The position numbers were made by a program, and so were the translations under genes. A stretch of DNA of 64,000 nt from Candidatus Sabulitectum sp. (GTDB taxonomy: Bacteria > Fermentibacterota > Fermentibacteria > Fermentibacterales > JCC-6), in the NCBI GenBank assembly GCA_023139045.1, contig JAGLOJ010000044.1:23274-87273 (forward strand), in the 5' to 3' direction. Position 1 is the first letter of the stretch. Every line of letters starts with the position of its first letter. Below are positions 57,153 to 64,000 of this stretch, piece after piece. The notes under the pieces are model-generated. The model was not told the origin of the DNA. It was given only the letters and a program-made list of their open reading frames with translations, and ran no database searches.

Positions 57153-58257
57153 TTCTTCTATTTTCTTCCTGCTGTGCATTATTCTTTGTACTGCCGGGCT
57201 ATCTTGCCAGTCAAATGTTGACAGCGATGTTTCCGTTTGCGAAGAACTGATCGAGTGGAGAGAATGGCTCGAAGCGTCCAGTCCTCCTGAAGTAGAAACT
57301 GACATGCCGTTTTACATTCCTTCCGATACGATACTGTCACCGGAGACGTGTGAGTATGAGTATTTCATGATAGAGAGTTTTGTGATTGATGACAACAGGA
57401 TATTTCTCAGCGATGGAAAATCCAGCACTCTTCTAGCTTTTAGCTTTGATGGGGAACTTCTCTGGAAAACCGGTGGCAAGGGAGAGGGTCCCGGTCTCTT
57501 CAGTGGTATAGGGAATATAGCCTGCAAGGGTGATACTCTCGCAGTATGTAATCATGCTGTAGGTCGCGTAGATTATTTCGACTGTAACACTGGTGAGTGG
57601 ATATCATCCATATCAATACTATGGCCGTATGACCTTTGTTTTCTTCCGAATGGTAATCTGGTTGTTGTAAGTCTAATGCAGAATGATCTTGTTACAGTAT
57701 TTACGCCATCAGGGGAAAAAGTTTTTAGCTCAGGTTCATGGAATGCACCAGGAGAGGAAGCCTTCCATTTTTTGTTCTCAGCAGGCAACAGGAATATGCG
57801 TTCAACTCTCGTATGTGACAGCGTACTGGCGGTCAATTCCTATTTTTATAACTGGTGTCAATTATACAATACCAACTCTGGAGAATTGATCAATGCGTTC
57901 AAACGTGAACTGCCTTTTCCCGAAATGGAGTTTGAAGAAATAAACGGGGTGTTTGTCGGGAAAATCTATGCAATTGATATTGCGTCGTTCGGGAGTATGA
58001 TTGCGATTTTACATAGGCCTCCAGAGGATAGTTGGGATATTTCATCAAGGTATGATGAAATTCCTTTTTATGAAATCGATTTTGCAATGGTTGATATCTG
58101 GGATACTGAAGGAGAGTACATAGGCAGTTTTGCCTTCCCTCGTGGGGTAGGACGTATCCTCTGGCACGATGGAATAATGTACGGTGCAACTGATGGGTCA
58201 GGAGAGCTGATTCGATATACTGAGATCACTTTCGATTCAGAAAGAAATCTGGAGTAA
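57145..58257 (+). CDS. NHL-repeat / six-bladed beta-propeller lipoprotein
   Basis: Lipobox GLSC. The motif block DNRIFLSDGKSSTLLAFSFDGELLWKTGGKGEGPGLFSGIGNIACKGDTLAVCNHAVGRV is parallel to those in the 34431 and 62689 proteins. Confidence 0.65.
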   Translation: MSDSSIFFLLCIILCTAGLSCQSNVDSDVSVCEELIEWREWLEASSPPEVETDMPFYIPSDTILSPETCEYEYFMIESFVIDDNRIFLSDGKSSTLLAFSFDGELLWKTGGKGEGPGLFSGIGNIACKGDTLAVCNHAVGRVDYFDCNTGEWISSISILWPYDLCFLPNGNLVVVSLMQNDLVTVFTPSGEKVFSSGSWNAPGEEAFHFLFSAGNRNMRSTLVCDSVLAVNSYFYNWCQLYNTNSGELINAFKRELPFPEMEFEEINGVFVGKIYAIDIASFGSMIAILHRPPEDSWDISSRYDEIPFYEIDFAMVDIWDTEGEYIGSFAFPRGVGRILWHDGIMYGATDGSGELIRYTEITFDSERNLE

Positions 58258-59007
58258 ATTCTGAAGTTTCCTGGGTTCTCAACCTTGGGAACGGTGTTCT
58301 GGCCCATGGTACAAGTTTTCCTCCAGCAGCAAATGTATGTCCGAAGCAGCCACCAAGACAGTACCTAAACAAATCACACTGTGAATCTCGGTAAATCGTC
58401 TGTCTGTTGCTGTCAGCATACCTTACATCGTGTAAGACCGAAAAATTTTCCCACGACCTGACACAGAGAAGGAACAGAGGGTCCAGTCGCTTTCGCAGAT
58501 CATCTATAGTCTGCTGTAAATCGCACATTCATCACTTCTTTTGTGTCTGATTTCATAATTACGGATCTGCCGTGTTTTTTCTCTTGATTCTTTCCCAATC
58601 ACGAGTTTCTTCCACCCAGGCAGCTCACCAAACAATTTGCTGCACACAACTTCTCCCCGGGAATCATTCATAATTACTGCTTTATCAATCTCTCTTTTAA
58701 CCCCATCGTAGTAGAGCAGATAAACTGGTTCTATCTCCAGCATCGCCGGGAACTTCACCTGAACCGGTGTCAACGGTTGGTTAAATTTTCCGATATCATA
58801 AAACCCTGTATATCCTGTGCCATGAATTGTACATATTGCAGTTTCGATTTAGAGCCTCAATTCCTCTCTTTGTTGAAATCAATCATTCTTCCCTGAATTC
58901 GGAAACAGCAGAATCAAGACAACAGCATCAATTTCGTTATACTTTAAAGGATGTCGATTTATTTATAAATCCTCTTTCTCAATATCAGAATGTGAGGTTT
59001 ACATCTT

Positions 59008-60102
59008 TTGCCAGTCAAAACCCGTTCAGAAGCGCTATTATTAACAGTAATTATCTCAATGCTCTGTATGCTGGCATGCGATTCAGCGACCGAAATGAGT
59101 GTTGTGGAACAAAGGCATCTTGTAGTTGTTGATTCAATTGGATCACTGTATGGGAATGATTATGAAATGTTCGGAAATATAAATGGTGCTTATTTTGTTG
59201 ATGATTCTACATTCGTTGTCCTGGACAAGGGGTACAATGAGTTGCGTGTTTTTGATAGAGAATGCAATTTCATAAAGACTGTTAATTGTCAAGGAAATGG
59301 TCCTTGGGAGTGTCAGGATGCAGCATATTTGTCTTCACTTGACAATACTATAGCTGTATTTGAATTTCTCATGCCACCAAGAGCTGTATTTTTTGATAGT
59401 GCAGTTAATCCCAAACGCTCAGTTGTTCTATCTGGATACACTGCTTTAATGGAACCATCGTTAGTGGATTCATTAACAATCATTGGGAGTGTCGGAAGTT
59501 TTTCAGAACAAAATGGGAATCAATTCGCCGGTATTGATGTGTGCTCTTGGAGCACAATAACAGGTGAAAAGTTATGTGAATATTTCTCAAATTCGATTCA
59601 AATAGATTCTAGAGAAGGTTTATACAGTAGACTGGTCAGCTTAGAACTCACTATTGCTGCATCAAGTAGCGGTTATGTATACGTAGCCCCAAGTAAGAAT
59701 GATTACAAGATTCTTATATACTCATCAGAAGGAATGTTGATAGATTCAATTTATCAAACTCACGAACGCGCAATGCGAAGTCAGGAGGAGATACTAGCAG
59801 AGTGGGAGTGGCGAAAATTGAGAGATATTCATTTGGGAGATTGGATACCATCTGAATACGAACTTGAGGTTACGCAACTTCAAGTTCAAGATTCATTAAA
59901 GTACTTGTGGGTCAGTCATGGATCATATTTCAATCCATCATTTGATGTATTTAACCTACTTGGTGATTTAGAATTTACATGTACTGTTGAAGGATTGCCA
60001 GAAAATGAGATTATTCGATTTGGAATAAATGACAATGGCATATTGGCGTACACTGATTACTGTGCTACTTATCCAAGATTGTATATCCTGGAATTTCGAT
60101 AG
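59008..60102 (+). CDS. Beta-propeller-like lipoprotein paralog. The gene is visibly AT-richer than the rest of the window.
   Basis: Lipobox MLAC. The motif YFVDDSTFVVLDKGYNELRVFDRECNFIKTV follows the NHL-like blade pattern. Confidence 0.55.
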   Translation: MPVKTRSEALLLTVIISMLCMLACDSATEMSVVEQRHLVVVDSIGSLYGNDYEMFGNINGAYFVDDSTFVVLDKGYNELRVFDRECNFIKTVNCQGNGPWECQDAAYLSSLDNTIAVFEFLMPPRAVFFDSAVNPKRSVVLSGYTALMEPSLVDSLTIIGSVGSFSEQNGNQFAGIDVCSWSTITGEKLCEYFSNSIQIDSREGLYSRLVSLELTIAASSSGYVYVAPSKNDYKILIYSSEGMLIDSIYQTHERAMRSQEEILAEWEWRKLRDIHLGDWIPSEYELEVTQLQVQDSLKYLWVSHGSYFNPSFDVFNLLGDLEFTCTVEGLPENEIIRFGINDNGILAYTDYCATYPRLYILEFR

Positions 60103-60189
60103 CGTAATCCTGCCTTGCCAAAGTAAATCTAGAGTTTCGCTTGACTGTGGGCTCAGGAATCAGACATTCACGGGTGTACCGTCCTGACC

Positions 60190-60292
60190 TCTCTCATCTT
60201 TGCAGAACATGCCTTGTTATTGCTCACAGGCAATCTACTGTGGAGTCTGCGGACAGAGTAGTATCAGTTCCACTGTTATCGACTATCGGCGC
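60190..60292 (+). repeat. Duplicated 3' fragment of the ABC exporter gene. It is a copy of 55697..55795.
   Basis: The fragment is tctcatcttt...cagaacatgccttgttattgctcacaggcaatctactgtggagtctgc.gacag.gtagtatcagttcc. It encodes RTCLVIAHRQSTVESADRVVSV and has only a few mismatches against the source. Confidence 0.8.
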
Positions 60293-60357
60293 AGTCACAG
60301 GTCTGAGTTGAACCGCCATCAATGACCTCCGAAGTAGTTCACTGATCAATTCTTGAT

Positions 60358-61104
60358 TCATTGATCAGATCGATTGAGTTTCATAAGAGAAGCTGTAATC
60401 AGAAAAGCACTCCAAAGAAATGGATAGATATTTTGTGCAATCCCGCTAAAGTTGGGTAGCTCTCCTATGATTTCAATTCCGGAAGACGGGGGGGGAAGGT
60501 GTCCTGCTGCGACATTACTGTATCCAATTCCAACAGGAAACAATGCGTTGCATACTGTTTTTGCTATTGCAGGATTCGAACCCAGAGAACTCCTGAAGAA
60601 GACAATTAGCGTAATAATAGGAAAAACAATATTGAAAGCCGGGAAAAACTTGTTATGAAAAAATGAGTTGCCAGCAATTGAAAATGCTGCCAATGCGATG
60701 GTTACCTGAATGATTCCAAATGCGGCTAAAAATAAATCAGCGGGAAAGTAGCCAGAGTACAATGGAAAGATCAAGCATGGTACGAAAAAAAGAATCACCG
60801 CCACAACAAGCCCCACTTGGGTAAGTTTGACAAACAGATCAAAATAGTATTTTTGCCTGCTCACTGGTGCAGTCACCCACATACGAATTCTTCCGCTTTG
60901 CAGTTCTTCGCCAATGCTCTTGTAAGTTGTTACCGAAAAGTAAAAAGAAAGGGCAAATATTACTGCAAACAACTGCCCGCCAATACCCAGATAGCAGCCT
61001 TCACTGCCTGCGCGCAAATCCATACCAACAGCAAGGAACATCAAAAGTGAATACCAGATTAGAGTCCCCAGCACGGAACTCCGGGTGTTTCTACGCCCCA
61101 GCAT
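60358..61104 (-). CDS. ABC-2-type permease, locus 2, second permease
   Basis: Six-TM protein. The motif RMWVTAPVSRQKYYF is shared with its neighbour. Confidence 0.6.
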   Translation of the reverse strand: MLGRRNTRSSVLGTLIWYSLLMFLAVGMDLRAGSEGCYLGIGGQLFAVIFALSFYFSVTTYKSIGEELQSGRIRMWVTAPVSRQKYYFDLFVKLTQVGLVVAVILFFVPCLIFPLYSGYFPADLFLAAFGIIQVTIALAAFSIAGNSFFHNKFFPAFNIVFPIITLIVFFRSSLGSNPAIAKTVCNALFPVGIGYSNVAAGHLPPPSSGIEIIGELPNFSGIAQNIYPFLWSAFLITASLMKLNRSDQ

Positions 61105-61808
61105 CAGTACCCTCTCTTATTTACCGCAACGAGAAGCACGCCAAAAACTCCCAGAGACCATAATGTGATATATAAAAAGTCTGACATCGTAATCACCGAT
61201 GGACTGATCAGCGGGAATACGCCATTGTACACAGATCGAATCCCGATTGCAATGGGCATTATGCTGTAAAGGACTCTCTTATGCTGCTGCATAATACCAG
61301 GGTCCAGCTGCATTACCAATAATATCCATGGGATAAATATCATTAAGGGAAGAGATAGATTCCCTCTGACTGATATGGAAACAAGAAATACAAACAAAAC
61401 CAGTACCACTGTTGTTGAGGCAACACCTCCTACTATCAAAAAGTAATTGACGGGGAGCATTCGATACTTCAGAAAGAAAAGCAAGACAACGATAGCAGCC
61501 CAGATAGTACTGCTCAGAACTACCCTTAGCAGTATCTTTTTGATGCTGGAGATGAACAGTTGTGCTTTAGATACTGGAGCAGTAACCCACAACCTCATAC
61601 GATTTGTGCTGATTTCCTCGTTGAACATAGAACTCACAAGAGAAGCGGTATAAGAAACAAAAGCCAGCATTACTATTTCCTGCAAAAATGCAAGAGATGA
61701 CGGATGCCTGCTGGATAAAACCTTAAATAACAATGCAGCGGAATACAGAAGAAAAAAGAACATTACAATCACCCTGTGCTTTTTATCGAGACTTCTGCTG
61801 AGCATCAT
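61104..61808 (-). CDS. ABC-2-type permease, locus 2, first permease
   Basis: Six-TM protein with the motif RLWVTAPVSKAQLF. It overlaps the ATPase gene stop. Confidence 0.6.
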   Translation of the reverse strand: MMLSRSLDKKHRVIVMFFFLLYSAALLFKVLSSRHPSSLAFLQEIVMLAFVSYTASLVSSMFNEEISTNRMRLWVTAPVSKAQLFISSIKKILLRVVLSSTIWAAIVVLLFFLKYRMLPVNYFLIVGGVASTTVVLVLFVFLVSISVRGNLSLPLMIFIPWILLVMQLDPGIMQQHKRVLYSIMPIAIGIRSVYNGVFPLISPSVITMSDFLYITLWSLGVFGVLLVAVNKRGY

Positions 61809-62647
61809 TGACCAACCGTTGCAAAGTAGAAGTCTTCCATGGTTACCGAAGAGACAGTGCTGTAATCAATTGGAAAGCTGTTCAGTGTCTGTTTTTCAAT
61901 AATGACAAAAGAATCGAAACTGAAACTAACCTTAGACTCTGGTATGTTCAATTCCTGCTGTATTTTTCTGGATAGTTTCCGGTAGTTTGAGAGAGATTCA
62001 AACTCTCCGGTGGCTATATTTCGTCCATCATGAATTATAAGGAAATTGCCCTGGTGCATTTCTACTTCATGCACCCTGTGCGTACTCTGCAGCACGGTAG
62101 TACCGGACTCGCAGAGCGTCTTTATCCGCTTCCGAACCTTTCTGATATTTATAGGATCCAAACCCTCCAATGGCTCATCCAGTATCAGGAATTCTGGTTT
62201 ACCGGAAAGCATCAGGGAAAGGAGCATCAACTGTTTCTCTCCTTTTGATTTCCCCTTATAGTACTGGTTGAGAAGATCCTCGCAGCCAAAATAATCGAAC
62301 ATGTCAGCTACATCAGAAAAGTTAATATCTTCTCTGTACCGCCCATACTCCTCAGTCATATCGGCAGTATTGCAATATACCGGCAGAATCACAGACTCAG
62401 GAAGATACCTTACAAACTTACGGGATTCAGGTTTCCGGCAGTCCACACCATTAATTAGAATAGTTCCACTGTCAGCAGAAATCAGATTCATTGCGATATT
62501 CATCAGGGTGGATTTACCCGCTCCATTACTCCCGAGAAGAATAGTGTTTTCACCTTTTCTTATATCACAGGAAAAGCCCTCGCGAAGACCTCTTGTTCTT
62601 CCGTAATACTTTTTCAGGTTTTCAGTTCTCAAGGCAAATCCACTCAT
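61805..62647 (-). CDS. ABC transporter ATP-binding protein, locus 2
   Basis: Walker A LGSNGAGKSTLMNI, signature SKGEKQLMLLSLML, and Walker B FLILDEPLEGLD. Confidence 0.85.
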   Translation of the reverse strand: MSGFALRTENLKKYYGRTRGLREGFSCDIRKGENTILLGSNGAGKSTLMNIAMNLISADSGTILINGVDCRKPESRKFVRYLPESVILPVYCNTADMTEEYGRYREDINFSDVADMFDYFGCEDLLNQYYKGKSKGEKQLMLLSLMLSGKPEFLILDEPLEGLDPINIRKVRKRIKTLCESGTTVLQSTHRVHEVEMHQGNFLIIHDGRNIATGEFESLSNYRKLSRKIQQELNIPESKVSFSFDSFVIIEKQTLNSFPIDYSTVSSVTMEDFYFATVGQ

Positions 62648-62688
62648 AAATAAATCTCCAAGCTGTAAGCTGTCTCTAAGCTCCTTCT

Positions 62689-63780
62689 CTACACAAACGC
62701 TGGAATAATTTCATAAATCCTGATGAACCCTTCTAAGCAATCAATGGCATAAATGTAATCACCGTTGATTTCGATTGTACCGCAGCATGTTTCCGGGGCA
62801 AGAACCGTATCGCAATATCGCCCATCCAGTGTGTATCGGTCAATCAAACCGATACTGGCGATGCGAGGCATGTCGCCCCGGCAAGTACTCAGAGTTTTAT
62901 CAATGGTAACTACAGGTAAGAGAACATAAAGCAGACTATCCGAAGAACTGCAGATATCGTTGCAGTGTATATACAGTATCCCTCCTTCGTTAGCAGGAGG
63001 AGTCAGGGGAGTATTACGGAAAAAACTTGTTTCAATCTGCTCATTCTTTAAATCATAAATCGTTATAACGCTTTCGTAAAATGATCCCACTGCAATTCGG
63101 GAATCCGGTAATGGAGTCACATATAAATTTCGGTTAGAGTAAACCACATTCTGCTCAAGAGTTGTTTCCCACTCACCAAATGCATCAATTTTCTCAAGGG
63201 TAACAGTATGATACAGATTAATCAGTTTTCCCTCTGCAAGACTCAGTACCACCAATACGGTATCATTTACCACAGTCAGGTCGTATGGAGTAGCAATGCT
63301 GATATCGCCCTGATAATCTCCGTGCTTATCAAGCACCGTAATACGTGAGTTTTGTTGATTATTCACAAATACTCTGGAGTTTGAAACTGCAATATGGGTT
63401 ATTCCTGAAAAATGCCCCGGTCCTTCCCCAGGTTCTCCAAATTTCCAGATGAGTTCATTTGTAGCAGCATTCAAACAGACAACACTCTCTGTAGAAGAAT
63501 CAGTCACGAAAAGAGTGTCACCGGAAATTGCAATATCCACCGGGCTGTAAAACAATGCAAATGCATCTCCACCAAGTGTTGAAACTTCCCTGAGAACAAC
63601 CTGTCTCTCAGGACTGTTTACCCACAACCCCTCGTCACTTGCCTGAGCCCACTCCTTCCATACAGCTAATGTGTACTCAGCAAGTGAGGTGTTTCCGCCC
63701 TGCGCTCCGGCAAATTCAGCATCTGATGTACAGGACAAAATAGCAAATAAACAGGATAACAAATAAATAGGAAACTTCAT
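62689..63780 (-). CDS. NHL-repeat / six-bladed beta-propeller lipoprotein, the locus 2 partner
   Basis: Lipobox ILSC. The motif block GDTLFVTDSSTESVVCLNAATNELIWKFGEPGEGPGHFSGITHIAV is nearly collinear with the 34431 protein. Confidence 0.65.
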   Translation of the reverse strand: MKFPIYLLSCLFAILSCTSDAEFAGAQGGNTSLAEYTLAVWKEWAQASDEGLWVNSPERQVVLREVSTLGGDAFALFYSPVDIAISGDTLFVTDSSTESVVCLNAATNELIWKFGEPGEGPGHFSGITHIAVSNSRVFVNNQQNSRITVLDKHGDYQGDISIATPYDLTVVNDTVLVVLSLAEGKLINLYHTVTLEKIDAFGEWETTLEQNVVYSNRNLYVTPLPDSRIAVGSFYESVITIYDLKNEQIETSFFRNTPLTPPANEGGILYIHCNDICSSSDSLLYVLLPVVTIDKTLSTCRGDMPRIASIGLIDRYTLDGRYCDTVLAPETCCGTIEINGDYIYAIDCLEGFIRIYEIIPAFV

Positions 63781-64000
63781 CTCTCACCTCTTTTTTAAAT
63801 AGTTCTGTCTTGTACGATGTGCAATAACTTTGGCATAATTCACCCGAATCCAACGACAACTGCATCAGCGTTTGTATTTGATGGAAAATTTCACATCTGC
63901 ACTAGTGTAATAGCACAGTAGTACAATCTTGTCAACCGGCATGAAGAATTGCTGGCCTGGGTGAAGAAGGGAATGTCTGTAACTCTGCTGAATGGCAGAA

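Noticed and set aside
1-64000. CRISPR arrays, rRNA genes, integrases and transposases
   Set aside because: I scanned for short, regularly spaced direct repeats and for rRNA and recombinase motifs. The only repeats found are the two dispersed gene-fragment duplications, 213 bp and about 100 bp. There is no periodic array and no recognisable integrase or transposase ORF.

Overview
The window is a 64-kb chromosomal segment, most likely from a member of the FCB superphylum (Bacteroidota-like); GC looks near 50% by eye. The lineage call rests on a PorX/PorY-type two-component system (a receiver domain fused to PglZ, plus a sensor kinase) and a gingipain-like C25 peptidase carrying a type IX secretion C-terminal sorting domain.

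Housekeeping content:
- A conserved tilS-hpt-ftsH operon.
- folC, and a tsaE-tsaB-rimI cluster in which RimI is fused to a purine nucleoside phosphorylase.
- xthA, an NADH oxidase, and two tRNAs: a CAU-anticodon tRNA and tRNA-Val(TAC).

Accessory content:
- An AT-richer defence islet containing an AbiL-like pair (an AAA_21 ATPase plus an RloB/Toprim protein).
- Immediately beside it, a translationally coupled operon with an unusual architecture. A membrane protein with Tim44-like, zinc-ribbon and TerB-like domains is followed, with a 4-nt ATGA overlap, by a Nuc-type phospholipase D (HKD) nuclease. I flag this as a candidate undescribed defence module.
- A GntR regulator, an ABC ATPase, four tandem paralogous ABC-2 permeases and an NHL/beta-propeller lipoprotein. 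A second lipoprotein-ATPase-permease-permease module lies at the 3' end of the window, and three more propeller lipoprotein paralogs lie between the two modules.
- Three tandem secreted paralogs of unknown function.
- A frameshifted mazEF pair.
- Two COG1373 ATPases separated by a 213-bp direct repeat that carries a 5' gene remnant.
- A roughly 100-bp duplicated 3' fragment of an ABC exporter.

No CRISPR array, rRNA, integrase or transposase was recognised.
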